Shown one piece after another: positions 9,225 through 18,623 of a stretch of DNA of 64,000 nucleotides. The stretch spans positions 62,001 through 126,000 of the IMG/VR virus record IMGVR_UViG_3300029993_000005. One strand, 5' to 3'. The translations under genes were made by a program, and so were the position numbers. Every line of letters begins with the position of its first letter. Position 1 is the first letter of the stretch. The notes beneath the pieces were generated by a model. That model made no database searches. It was not told where the DNA came from and was given only the letters and a program-made list of their open reading frames with translations.

Positions 9225-9506
9225 ATGACCGCAATCCAACAGACAGAGAAATTCATCGGCTACACGCTCGGTCTTGAATGCTGGGTCAACGATAGATTGA
9301 TTATGACTAAAGTTGAGTATAGCAAGACTGATGCCGGCGTTGTACTTCGCGCAGTGAGCGGACGTAATCTTTCTGCTCTCCCAACATATCAAGTGATGCT
9401 TTCCCAAGCGGAATTTGAAGAACGTCCGGTCAGCGCAGTTGATAAAATTCCGCAGACGATTTGGGCGCTAGGAAAGCTCGGACTTAAACCGGCTGCGATT
9501 GACTAA
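9225..9506 (+). CDS. hypothetical protein
   Basis: same RBS aaaaggaagaacaaaATG as 8913. Confidence 0.7.
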   Translation: MTAIQQTEKFIGYTLGLECWVNDRLIMTKVEYSKTDAGVVLRAVSGRNLSALPTYQVMLSQAEFEERPVSAVDKIPQTIWALGKLGLKPAAID

Positions 9507-9550
9507 TAGGAGAGACGAAATGACGAAGGACCAACGAAAAGGATAATATC

Positions 9551-10129
9551 ATGGATCATCTGCGCGATAATTTAAATTCGAACAGTAAGGTGAAGATGCC
9601 GAGCACAGATGTTCAATCAAAACCTAGCGCTATGGACACGGGAGCCTTGATTCTGACTCTTAATCAGCTAGACGAAGAACATTATATGTATCCTTGGGCT
9701 GATCGCTTTGTTATGGGGTTTCCTTTGCCTAGTTGGCAGCGTGCCTTTAAATGGAGCCTACATCAACAACGGGCGTTCATCGACAGCATGTGGCGGGGCC
9801 TAGACCTTTCCAGCTATATGGTCAATAATTGGCGTATGACCGATAACCAACATTTTGACAAATTCAGCAATATACTGCTTGACGGTCAGCAACGACTGTT
9901 CACCATTGAACGATTCATTACGGATCAACTGGCAGTGCCTGATAGTCAAGGAAAATTGCGTATTTGGTCTGACTTAGGACTGCTTGAACGTCGGCGGTTT
10001 GCTCATACCTTGTTTGCACGCAGCACTGTCGATGTTTGGACAGAAACAGAGTTGTGCGAGATTTACAATCGTCGTAATTTCGGTGGAACTGCCCACCTTG
10101 AAAGTGAACGTGCGGTCTCCAAGAATTGA
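9551..10129 (+). CDS. stand-alone DUF262 (ParB/Srx-fold) protein
   Basis: LPSWQRAFKW, FIDSMWRG, LLDGQQRLFTI, FARSTV, YNRRNFGGT. Confidence 0.75.
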   Translation: MDHLRDNLNSNSKVKMPSTDVQSKPSAMDTGALILTLNQLDEEHYMYPWADRFVMGFPLPSWQRAFKWSLHQQRAFIDSMWRGLDLSSYMVNNWRMTDNQHFDKFSNILLDGQQRLFTIERFITDQLAVPDSQGKLRIWSDLGLLERRRFAHTLFARSTVDVWTETELCEIYNRRNFGGTAHLESERAVSKN

Positions 10130-10160
10130 AGACCTAACGAAAAGGAAAGGAAAGAAAGTC

Positions 10161-10358
10161 ATGAAACCGAAAATGCCATGTATCACGGAACCCGACGAAG
10201 ACTTGGTGCATTACGAGTCTGAGTCACTTATGGGAAACGTCACGCTCTGTGGAATTACAGACTTTTTAGGCAGTACTTCTGGCGAATACACTGACGAGTC
10301 AGTAACTTGCAGTGCCTGTCAAGCCATTTTCAAATTCTGCAATTCTCACCGAGCCTAA
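10161..10358 (+). CDS. small Cys-containing hypothetical protein
   Basis: RBS before ATG at 10161; TLCG...VTCSAC. Confidence 0.6.
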   Translation: MKPKMPCITEPDEDLVHYESESLMGNVTLCGITDFLGSTSGEYTDESVTCSACQAIFKFCNSHRA

Positions 10359-10359
10359 A

Positions 10360-11166
10360 ATGTCCAAAATTCTGTCCTACCACAACGACCCCAAAGTCAA
10401 AGATTTCCACGTAGCCTTGGCTAAGAAGCATCTGGCACAGGACCAATTAGTTGCCAATACGTACGGTCAATTCGAATGGCAAAAATTCAAAGGTTGCAGT
10501 GTAGGGTGCATGGCCCAGGATATTAAACACGATTGGAGTTTTGCACCTGAATCAGAATTACCTCATACTATAGTAGCTGAAAGCGCTGGCTGGCCCATGT
10601 GGCTCGTCTACTTGAACGACGATATTTTCGAAGGACTTCCGGAGGGTGAACGCGAAGTCTTTCATGTTAAGCTTCGTGAAGCTATTCCTGTGGGTATTGA
10701 CCTGGAACCCTTGTTCTGGAAATTAGCCAGTATCCGGCTGTCAAAAATATGGGCTACTTTTTTGAAAACCTCAGGCATCAAGCCGGATGAAGAAATTCAA
10801 GCCAAGATCACGACCTGTTTTAATTATTTTGAACGTGAGTTAGCGAATAGGGCAACTATTGAAGAACGGGAAACGGTGAAAAAGCTGTATTTCGCATCCG
10901 AGGGACGACGCACTGGTAATACGCTGACTAATGATTTAGATGAAACCTTGTTCAAATATTTTGGACGCTGGTCTTTAACCAATTTAGCTGGATGGGCATC
11001 CTCTGGTCGACTACTGATTATAGGTCCCACAAGCTCAGACCTTGAAGTTGAACTAGCCTTCATCGAGCATTGGCGTTTTGAACGCGATACCCTGTTCCGG
11101 TTGCTAGCTGTAATGACAAAACATCAGGTCTTGGTCAACAGTCTGGGAGACGAACCATGTACCTAG
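10360..11166 (+). CDS. hypothetical phage protein
   Basis: start refined to ATG 10360 (MSKILSYHNDP); KGCSVGC motif. Confidence 0.7.
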   Translation: MSKILSYHNDPKVKDFHVALAKKHLAQDQLVANTYGQFEWQKFKGCSVGCMAQDIKHDWSFAPESELPHTIVAESAGWPMWLVYLNDDIFEGLPEGEREVFHVKLREAIPVGIDLEPLFWKLASIRLSKIWATFLKTSGIKPDEEIQAKITTCFNYFERELANRATIEERETVKKLYFASEGRRTGNTLTNDLDETLFKYFGRWSLTNLAGWASSGRLLIIGPTSSDLEVELAFIEHWRFERDTLFRLLAVMTKHQVLVNSLGDEPCT

Positions 11167-11573
11167 TCTTCATTTATCAAGGTCACAGTGAATATGGTGG
11201 CCTCAATGATTTGGCTGGCACCTGTGCGGAAATTACGCTTGATTCGATAACGCCTATTATACAAAATTTCGTTTATGACTCTATGCGTGACGACGGTTTC
11301 AAGTATTTTACTGGCTTTTGGACGGGCTTCATTTTTGTACAAATTATTGATGGCTGCAACCCTGACCTGAGATTTGGTTTCGATCTTTTTATTAGTGACT
11401 CCTATGACAAAGACCTTGGGCGTAATATTTATAAGGTCGAAATTTCGGAACATAAACTGTACGTACCTTGTGGTCCCGACCTAATACTGCCATTTGTCCC
11501 AGGTGCTCAAGACGAAGACTGGGCCTTGAGACTAGGTATCAATCTAAAAAACGCTAGGATCAAATATGAGTGA
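11157..11573 (+). CDS. hypothetical protein
   Basis: 138 aa, overlap-coupled with neighbours. Confidence 0.6.
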   Translation: MYLVFIYQGHSEYGGLNDLAGTCAEITLDSITPIIQNFVYDSMRDDGFKYFTGFWTGFIFVQIIDGCNPDLRFGFDLFISDSYDKDLGRNIYKVEISEHKLYVPCGPDLILPFVPGAQDEDWALRLGINLKNARIKYE

Positions 11574-12111
11574 TATCAAGGTGAATTACGATCTTAATTT
11601 GGTATTCCAGAAGAGCACTCCAAAAGAGCTCCGGTCCTCTATTTATGACTCATTTGCATTGGCATTGGAGCCAACTATTGGTAAATCAACTGGTATAGCA
11701 GAACGAACCTCAACAGTTGAGACTTGCACTACTTATCTTGATTCCTTGATTGAGCAGAAACAACTCGTGGGATACAACGTTGTCCCTGGCGAAATCTATA
11801 GGGTGACGAGGACTAGGCTCACGAAACACAACCAAGTGCAGGAACTACGTACTGAGCTTTCTACAGGGGCCCTTAGCTGGCACCCAGTCGATGACTGGGT
11901 CCTGGGCCTGGAGACTTGGCGTCAAGGTCCTCACAAACCACGACGTAAACTAAGACAGGCAGCCCGTTGTCTTGTGGGCAGAACCCATCATCCAATGAAT
12001 GTTTGGTTCACCCTCGTACAGCCCGTGAACCACATTATGCTGACAATCCAGGCTGAACCTGATGTACTAACCAGTAAATACAAAGACATAGTTTTCGAAC
12101 GTGACTATTGA
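11566..12111 (+). CDS. protein resembling tail-sheath C-terminal domain
   Basis: FALALEPTIG...TTYLDSLIEQKQLVGYNVV...NVWFTLVQPVNHIMLTI resembles sheath C-terminal pattern. Confidence 0.4.
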   Translation: MSDIKVNYDLNLVFQKSTPKELRSSIYDSFALALEPTIGKSTGIAERTSTVETCTTYLDSLIEQKQLVGYNVVPGEIYRVTRTRLTKHNQVQELRTELSTGALSWHPVDDWVLGLETWRQGPHKPRRKLRQAARCLVGRTHHPMNVWFTLVQPVNHIMLTIQAEPDVLTSKYKDIVFERDY

Positions 12112-12758
12112 GGACACCTTCTATGCCTGCCCCAAATAAAAAGAAAAACATTATCGCTAATTTCGTGGACCACCGTGTCTACGTCGATACCTACCGCAAG
12201 AACGTGGTACGGGTTCTACGCAACATTCAAAAAGGATCAGTTGTTGAAGACGATTTGAATAAACTCTTGAATTTCTGCCAAATGTCACTGGCGTTGCTCG
12301 AAGTAGTAAATATAGATCACATACGTCAAGCCTGGACTAATGCAGAACTCATGTCATTCATGCACCCGGAAGCCGAAGACCTAGAAGTGGTGTTGGATCC
12401 CAAGTTGCAACTGCGAACAGTTGATGACGAGTTCACACGCGTAGGTGCTCTATCATCTGGTTACGAGCGTAAGGTTGGGACCCTAGCCTCAGAAATGTTG
12501 GGACTAAAGATTAGAGATACTATGGCTGGGAATGCTCATAACCTACCGGAGCTCCAACGCATGATTGACCATGTTAAGACCTTGAACATAAAATCTGTAA
12601 TCCAAGATCATGTGGTAGAAGGTGAGAAGACAAAACTAACGTTGTTTGCCTTGGGTGTAGACTACCCGCGGCGTTTGGTCGCAATCTCGGATGATAGGTT
12701 TGGTATCTTCTGTAGTCGGGATACCGCTCAGTATATTCTTGATACTTATAAGGAATAA
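12108..12758 (+). CDS. hypothetical protein
   Basis: 216 aa, overlap-coupled. Confidence 0.65.
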   Translation: MRTPSMPAPNKKKNIIANFVDHRVYVDTYRKNVVRVLRNIQKGSVVEDDLNKLLNFCQMSLALLEVVNIDHIRQAWTNAELMSFMHPEAEDLEVVLDPKLQLRTVDDEFTRVGALSSGYERKVGTLASEMLGLKIRDTMAGNAHNLPELQRMIDHVKTLNIKSVIQDHVVEGEKTKLTLFALGVDYPRRLVAISDDRFGIFCSRDTAQYILDTYKE

Positions 12759-12761
12759 TTC

Positions 12762-13358
12762 ATGACCACTTTCTTTCTTAATCTACCCAAAGAAATTATT
12801 GGTGTATGCGCCGAAAACGGTATTGACGGAACTACCTACAGTCTCAATAACGGACAAGCCTTTGACCTATACCAGAAGCTTCAGACAAGCTTAAACGCTG
12901 TGAGTGAACGCCAACTTGAGTCTAAGATAGCAGAACTTCGGAAAGAAATTCTTGAGTTGGGTCAAGTCAATACTCAGATTCAGGAAGAACTTGCTGATAC
13001 CAATGATGAGCTTAAGAGCAGTCAGCTAATGCTTGCACTGACTCGTCAAGAACTGGCCGAGGCTAATAAAACAATTGACGAAACCTCAGAAGGTCAGCAC
13101 CGTAAGTACAGCCTAGCTGAAAACTCAAGTATCATAGGCTTCGATGTCATTTCAGTTGGCACCATAGAGGCTATTGAAGATGAATTCGAACATATTTTGT
13201 TTGCTGATTTGCTAGTATCCTCATGTGACGCTGAGGAACCACGAAGGGTCCGTTTCTTCAACATAGAAAAAGATAGCGGTGTAGATAAGGAAGTAGAATT
13301 TATTGATAAACGTATAGCTTATTTGACAATGGTATCTATGTTGGAGTCGAAACTATGA
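12762..13358 (+). CDS. coiled-coil hypothetical protein, paralog of 14575..15198
   Basis: YSLAENSSIIGFDVISVGTI vs FNLAPNTRVLGFSIKTLGTV. Confidence 0.65.
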   Translation: MTTFFLNLPKEIIGVCAENGIDGTTYSLNNGQAFDLYQKLQTSLNAVSERQLESKIAELRKEILELGQVNTQIQEELADTNDELKSSQLMLALTRQELAEANKTIDETSEGQHRKYSLAENSSIIGFDVISVGTIEAIEDEFEHILFADLLVSSCDAEEPRRVRFFNIEKDSGVDKEVEFIDKRIAYLTMVSMLESKL

Positions 13359-13735
13359 CCTTCAAGAAATCGAAGGAGCACGCTGTGTTTGACGCCGATT
13401 CGATGACGTCGTTCACCGGTAGCATCGGATTCGCTGGGGCTGAGCCGGCCACTGAGGGACAAGCCAACCAAAAGGAACGTGAGAAGAGATCTGAATTCTT
13501 TGGTCGTAGTCTAAGTGCATGGATAGAGAAAGCTCATATGTCGTTGACCTATGAAGCTAGGGTCGCAAGTCCAGACGCCTACACTTACGAATATCAATGG
13601 GTTGCCACCTCGCACACGATTGACGGGTTCCCTGTTGGGGCAGCCAGGGCTTCAACACCAGAGGACGCAGTGTACCAATGCATCTATCACTCGACGCCAG
13701 TCTCAAGAACAGCTATCAATAGACCGGAGTACTAA
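13355..13735 (+). CDS. hypothetical protein
   Basis: 126 aa, overlap-coupled. Confidence 0.6.
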   Translation: MTFKKSKEHAVFDADSMTSFTGSIGFAGAEPATEGQANQKEREKRSEFFGRSLSAWIEKAHMSLTYEARVASPDAYTYEYQWVATSHTIDGFPVGAARASTPEDAVYQCIYHSTPVSRTAINRPEY

Positions 13736-13738
13736 TTC

Positions 13739-14137
13739 ATGAACATCATTAAAGAAGGTGAGAGCGATGACGACAATACGGCGTCAACCAATTTCGATGC
13801 CCAACTCTTGAAGTCCTTCAGTCCTACGGGGAACAACCAGGAAGGCGCGGGCTTGCAGACTGTAACGGATGAAATCATAGGGTCGGCCATGGACGAAGAC
13901 ATGTACCACGTAATTGTGGTGACCCACAGTAGTTTAAATACTCAGCACTGGTATCTTACGGGGAAGCAACTGAAGAACCGGCTTGAAGAAAATTGTTGGG
14001 GAACTGCACAAGTCGTCGAGCCAAACGACCTGAACTTAAACAACAGTGCGGGTGGCTTCAATGGGCTGTTGGTTATTAAAGGTGGAACTCATGTGGTTCC
14101 TAAGTGCGAGACCGTAACCACGTGGAATCTGCCCTGA
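13739..14137 (+). CDS. hypothetical protein
   Basis: 132 aa with RBS. Confidence 0.6.
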   Translation: MNIIKEGESDDDNTASTNFDAQLLKSFSPTGNNQEGAGLQTVTDEIIGSAMDEDMYHVIVVTHSSLNTQHWYLTGKQLKNRLEENCWGTAQVVEPNDLNLNNSAGGFNGLLVIKGGTHVVPKCETVTTWNLP

Positions 14138-14176
14138 TAAAAGTTTAAGTCCCCAACACTCAACCGAGGCTAATCC

Positions 14177-14563
14177 ATGCTCTCACGTTTGCACCCAGCA
14201 TTAGATATGGCTTGGAAATTGATTAGTGACAAATTCCCATTCATTGGCTATTCCGCGTTCATGAGACCCTTGAACTACGAGTGTGTAGAAATTGTGTTGG
14301 CTCCCTGGACTACTGAGTCCCAAAGTCCTGGCGACAAAGAATTAGCGTTGGTGCGTCACGTTGCAGGCCTAATCAATGGGACGATTGCATACGAGAAGAG
14401 GGGGAGCGATACGTGCTTTAAACGTAGAGACTTCGAGTTCGGTCGAGTCCGTTACGAGCTGACGTTACCTCCTAATTTAGGGCTTATGATTCATGTAGAG
14501 ATATTGAAACTTAACGCCATAGGTACTAAAGTGATCGAACATGCAAAATCATTAGTTAAATAA
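14177..14563 (+). CDS. hypothetical protein
   Basis: 128 aa with GAGG RBS. Confidence 0.6.
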   Translation: MLSRLHPALDMAWKLISDKFPFIGYSAFMRPLNYECVEIVLAPWTTESQSPGDKELALVRHVAGLINGTIAYEKRGSDTCFKRRDFEFGRVRYELTLPPNLGLMIHVEILKLNAIGTKVIEHAKSLVK

Positions 14564-14574
14564 GGAGCTGGATC

Positions 14575-15198
14575 ATGATCTATCTTAAAAGCACTAGCTG
14601 CAAACGAAGAATGAAACAACGTCAAATAGAAATCAATGGTGTTGATGATTTGGATGATGAACTGACACTCATCTTGTCCTATGGGACAGCAGAACAGTTA
14701 CTTATTCAGATTAATAACGAGCTGGTCAACGAATCGATTCTAAACCCAATTTCGACACTTAATGAATATGTAATCAAGCAGTTAACAGAAAAACTGGCGG
14801 TAGCACAAGAAAAATTGAAAGTGACTGAACGTAAGCTAGCTGCTGTAGAAAACCAAGTAAGCCACGCGAATGAAACCGAACGGGATGCTACAGATTTGTA
14901 TTCCTCGACGTCCGCAGAGAAAGAAGAATCTGTAGCGAAACAGCAATTCAATTTGGCACCAAACACTAGAGTCTTAGGTTTCAGTATTAAGACGTTAGGC
15001 ACAGTCTTAACTGAGAATAAAGAAGCACCCTTCTTTACCGATGTTGACATAACATTTAAGAATTCCGCCGGTGAAGTGGTGACGCAGCAGACCCGATTCA
15101 TGGAAGTGCATCATGCAGAGCATGTAGAGCGTTGCATACAAGACGGTGTTCCTTATAATATACTTGTGTCTATGGTTAATCCGAGTACTACCAAATGA
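14575..15198 (+). CDS. coiled-coil hypothetical protein, paralog of 12762..13358
   Basis: AAGGAG RBS; shared C-terminal domain. Confidence 0.65.
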   Translation: MIYLKSTSCKRRMKQRQIEINGVDDLDDELTLILSYGTAEQLLIQINNELVNESILNPISTLNEYVIKQLTEKLAVAQEKLKVTERKLAAVENQVSHANETERDATDLYSSTSAEKEESVAKQQFNLAPNTRVLGFSIKTLGTVLTENKEAPFFTDVDITFKNSAGEVVTQQTRFMEVHHAEHVERCIQDGVPYNILVSMVNPSTTK

Positions 15199-15632
15199 TG
15201 ATAGACAAAACACGAATCAAGCTGCAGGAGCTGAATGAACAGTATTACGATGAATGGCTTGTACTGTTCAACGACTACAACGTGTTCGGCATCCCTGACA
15301 CCAATGTTGTATGGCGAAAACTGATGAACCCCAAGTCAACTTTAGCTGGGTTTATTGCGGTCTACGAAAATAAACTCGTTGGCTTTGTCCATTATCTTCA
15401 CCATGAATCAGCACATTCAACTGCCTTTGACTGTCATCTGTCCGATTTATACGTAAGCCCGGATTTTAGGAACTTGGGGTTAGGAAAACAATTAATTGAC
15501 CAAGTGCGATTGGTTGCTAAATTCTGGACTTGGAGACGTGTCTATTGGACGACCGGTCATAACAGTGACGCACGTAAGCTCTATGACAAATACGTCAAGT
15601 CAGATTGCGTGGGCTATCAAATAAAGGCTTAG
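15195..15632 (+). CDS. GNAT family acetyltransferase
   Basis: LSDLYVSPDFRNLGLGKQLI (acetyl-CoA motif A), VYWTTGHNSDARKLYDK. Confidence 0.85.
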   Translation: MMIDKTRIKLQELNEQYYDEWLVLFNDYNVFGIPDTNVVWRKLMNPKSTLAGFIAVYENKLVGFVHYLHHESAHSTAFDCHLSDLYVSPDFRNLGLGKQLIDQVRLVAKFWTWRRVYWTTGHNSDARKLYDKYVKSDCVGYQIKA

Positions 15633-15677
15633 TTCAAGTCAGAAACTGAAGTCGAAGACTGCTAAATAAGTCAAAAT

Positions 15678-16118
15678 ATGGGAAACAGAATGCGTGAAAT
15701 CAGGTATGTTGAATGGGCCGACTACGATGATTGGGCTTCTATGGTAAGAGACTACGATTCAGACATACCTGACCCGGATGTCGCATGGACGAGGTTCTTC
15801 ACTCTAGGTACGGACTTACGATGCTTCGTAGCCGTGGAAGACCAACAGCTTGTGGGTTTTGTTAATTTCTTCCCCCACCAGACGCCGTTCAATACGGGTC
15901 AAATCTGTTACTTAGCTAACCTATATGTTAAACCTGAATTCCGCCGCCGTGGTATTGCCCGAGCCTTAGTCAACGAGGTGATAGAGAAGGCCGTGGCTAT
16001 GAACTGGTTGCGTGTCTATTGGGTGACAGAAAACGAAAATCCTGCGCGAGCCTTGTATGATTCTTACGCCGAGTCAGATTATGTACGCTATCACATAAAC
16101 CTCAAGGGCTTTGTATGA
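15678..16118 (+). CDS. GNAT family acetyltransferase, tandem paralog
   Basis: LANLYVKPEFRRRGIARALV, VYWVTENENPARALYD. Confidence 0.85.
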   Translation: MGNRMREIRYVEWADYDDWASMVRDYDSDIPDPDVAWTRFFTLGTDLRCFVAVEDQQLVGFVNFFPHQTPFNTGQICYLANLYVKPEFRRRGIARALVNEVIEKAVAMNWLRVYWVTENENPARALYDSYAESDYVRYHINLKGFV

Positions 16119-16927
16119 AACCCATGTTTGCAGTTCAATTCACAGATCGTGACGACACCGAACTACACAAAACTGTCGACGCCCTAAAGTCCGCTAGGCT
16201 GGACTATGAGTTGTTCGGTTTAATTCACTACTCGGATGACGTTACCAACCTTGAATCCTTCCCAACTGATCGTCCGGTCATACCACTGGGCTCGACGAAG
16301 ATGCTTGAGCTATACCTAAATGGTAAGTTGCCGTCGAACTGGAAAGTGATTTATGATGTCAACGCTTTTGATCAACAGCGCTACGCTAATCATTACGAGG
16401 GTGAATTGTTGAACTACGATGCCAAATACGACGTATACTGTTATGCTCGTGATTGGTGTTATCTCAAGGATGTATTCGTAAAGCCTGTCAATGACTTAAA
16501 GGTATTCGGTGGTTTTATTCTGGAAGCTCACACCACCCTTGACCAAGCACTAGCAAAAACAAGTCATGCTGAAATCAACTCCTACGAAAAGCTACTGTTC
16601 GCTCCTACCATTAACATCTACCGTGAATTCCGACTATTTATTGTCGACGGTGAAATCGTTGATGCTAGTGAATACCGTAACAACGGGCAGATCAAGCATC
16701 GCAAGGTCAGCGAAGATACTGGGTTCAAGCTTCAAGACTATTTCCAGAGCATCAAAGACCCTAACGCACCGTCTATGTATGCATTAGATATTGGTGAAGT
16801 CGACGGACCAGAAGGTATCGTCTTCAAGGTGATTGAACTTAACTGCTTTCACTGTAGTGGTATGTATGCATGCGATCAATCATTGATCTATCAGGAAGTC
16901 GCACACTACATGGGGCACATGAAATGA
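16115..16927 (+). CDS. ATP-grasp fold protein (DUF4343/R2K-like)
   Basis: VFVKPVNDLKVFGG, EFRLFIVDGEIV, YALDIG, KVIELNCFHCSG. Confidence 0.7.
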   Translation: MKPMFAVQFTDRDDTELHKTVDALKSARLDYELFGLIHYSDDVTNLESFPTDRPVIPLGSTKMLELYLNGKLPSNWKVIYDVNAFDQQRYANHYEGELLNYDAKYDVYCYARDWCYLKDVFVKPVNDLKVFGGFILEAHTTLDQALAKTSHAEINSYEKLLFAPTINIYREFRLFIVDGEIVDASEYRNNGQIKHRKVSEDTGFKLQDYFQSIKDPNAPSMYALDIGEVDGPEGIVFKVIELNCFHCSGMYACDQSLIYQEVAHYMGHMK

Positions 16928-17436
16928 CGCATCTACGCGGAAGCCGACGAGCTACCCGCCTCGTTAAGCGTGCAAGACCACAAACTTCCCAGTCTCTACT
17001 ACTGAAGCCCACCCCTATGCAGAACACCTACATAATGACCGGCCTAACTCCTTATGACACGGCGATGCAACTACTGATCGCCGATCTGTGTCGATCATTG
17101 GAAAACTTAGTAGCCGACGTAAAGACCAGGGCTGCGTGTGCCGATCTCAACCAGGATCTAGAAGATTTGTGTGACAGGTACAAAGCAAGTGACCCTCACT
17201 TTGAGGTGCTCCAGCCAGGATCAGCCACATCGTTCAAACGTGAGGCCAATTACCCGTACCGTTTGATACTGCCCATCCAACTTATCTTGCGCATGAAGGG
17301 TAGAACACGTCTGACTTTCATCAATTGCTATTGTCGCCTCACCGGGGAAGACGATTACGGACGGTTGCCGATTCGCAATCTTGACAACCAACAGTCGGAT
17401 GCAGAAAATCAAGAGCTAAACAGGGAAGCCCCATGA
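16924..17436 (+). CDS. hypothetical protein
   Basis: start refined to ATG 16924 overlapping the upstream stop. Confidence 0.5.
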   Translation: MTHLRGSRRATRLVKRARPQTSQSLLLKPTPMQNTYIMTGLTPYDTAMQLLIADLCRSLENLVADVKTRAACADLNQDLEDLCDRYKASDPHFEVLQPGSATSFKREANYPYRLILPIQLILRMKGRTRLTFINCYCRLTGEDDYGRLPIRNLDNQQSDAENQELNREAP

Positions 17437-17582
17437 CCTCAACATTAACACCCGATTACAAGGTAGAGCCGACGTTCGCGTCTGGTGTCAACATAGTCCC
17501 GGTACTGTCTGGTAGCCCATTCGCGAAATACCCTCAGCTACGCACCATTTGGGCGTCATCCTTCAATCTTTATACGTCATGA
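17433..17582 (+). CDS. 49-aa peptide similar to N-terminus of 18624..19097
   Basis: IVPVLSGSPFAKYPQLRTIW vs IVPATGDPFALYPQLRTIW; both ends overlap-coupled; not in ORF track. Confidence 0.5.
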   Translation: MTSTLTPDYKVEPTFASGVNIVPVLSGSPFAKYPQLRTIWASSFNLYTS

Positions 17583-17959
17583 ACTATATAGTTGAGCCCT
17601 TAACCTTGCTTAATAGTGAGCCCTGCGCGACCCAAACCAAGGTCTGGAAAGCTAAGAAATTTAAAGCTAAAGATGTGGCCTATCGTGTGCTGATGAAGTT
17701 ACTACAGAAGTACCGGATAGTTATCTGCGATATGTCTCAAACCCCATTGGGAAAATCCTTCTGGGAGAAGGCAATGCTTAGCGCACTTCAGTCTGGGCTA
17801 GAGGTTGGGTTCGCTAACTTTGAGGACAAAACAATTAGCCGATGTGTAGAGTCCAAAGAATTCAACCAGTGGTTGTGGGACCTGCAATGGGCTTGGAAAT
17901 ACAACTCGGCCAAGCATCAAAAATATCGATTCTTCATTAACCGTGCTGGTGTATTTTAA
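17579..17959 (+). CDS. hypothetical protein, possible degenerate GNAT-like fold
   Basis: IVICDMSQTPLGKSFWEK resembles the D..QT..G...W GNAT C-terminal motif. Confidence 0.45.
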   Translation: MNYIVEPLTLLNSEPCATQTKVWKAKKFKAKDVAYRVLMKLLQKYRIVICDMSQTPLGKSFWEKAMLSALQSGLEVGFANFEDKTISRCVESKEFNQWLWDLQWAWKYNSAKHQKYRFFINRAGVF

Positions 17960-17976
17960 CTAAAAGGAAATTCAAA

Positions 17977-18426
17977 ATGTCAGACACACGACTTATTCGC
18001 GGCATCAGTCTAAATTATTCGGATATCGAAGCGACTATCAAGAGCGCGGCCTACCATCAGTTCCCCGGAACCACAATGATCGTGTGTGCCCTAACTTTAA
18101 CCTTCGGCGGTCATATCGTCATTGGTTACAGTCGTCCTATTGATGACAAGCTGTTCAATGAGACGCTGGGTAAGACTGCAGCCCGCGACCGTGCAGTAGC
18201 GCATATATGGGACATCGCAGCTGTACAGGTGCGCATCGCAATGGAAGCAGAGACTTGGCAAGGGCCACAAAACCAACGTTCGCGTACACGTCTTATCAAC
18301 AAGGCGTTGGGACTTGCGGCGAGTGACACGGAGCCAACGCCAAAAGTAGTAGCAGTAGCTTCGACAACTCCGGACGTCGAAGACGATCTGCACTTGCACC
18401 TGAGAACTGGTGGGCCATCGGAGTGA
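17977..18426 (+). CDS. N4 gp49/Sf6 gp66-like (Acb4-like) protein, paralog A
   Basis: YHQFPGTTMIVCALTL...GYSRPIDDKLFNETLGKTAARDRAVAHIW. Confidence 0.7.
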   Translation: MSDTRLIRGISLNYSDIEATIKSAAYHQFPGTTMIVCALTLTFGGHIVIGYSRPIDDKLFNETLGKTAARDRAVAHIWDIAAVQVRIAMEAETWQGPQNQRSRTRLINKALGLAASDTEPTPKVVAVASTTPDVEDDLHLHLRTGGPSE

Positions 18427-18611
18427 TTCCAGAAGCTATAGCCTTTCAGTTAGTCCCTGTATACGCGGTGATTATCATTGGAGCGATCTCATGGATCGTG
18501 GTGATTGGTAGCGATTTGTATTTTAAACGACTGGCCTATTCGTGGCGCACTGCGGCATTTGCGGTGACTGTTACGGCGGGTATTGCTTGTGCTATTATTG
18601 AGAGACATTAA
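18423..18611 (+). CDS. small membrane protein
   Basis: two hydrophobic segments. Confidence 0.55.
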   Translation: MIPEAIAFQLVPVYAVIIIGAISWIVVIGSDLYFKRLAYSWRTAAFAVTVTAGIACAIIERH

Positions 18612-18623
18612 CAAGGAAGCAAA

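Noticed and set aside
17433-17959. Programmed -1 frameshift fusing the 49-aa peptide to the downstream ORF
   Set aside because: No canonical slippery heptamer; an ATGA start/stop overlap at 17579-17582 explains the layout.
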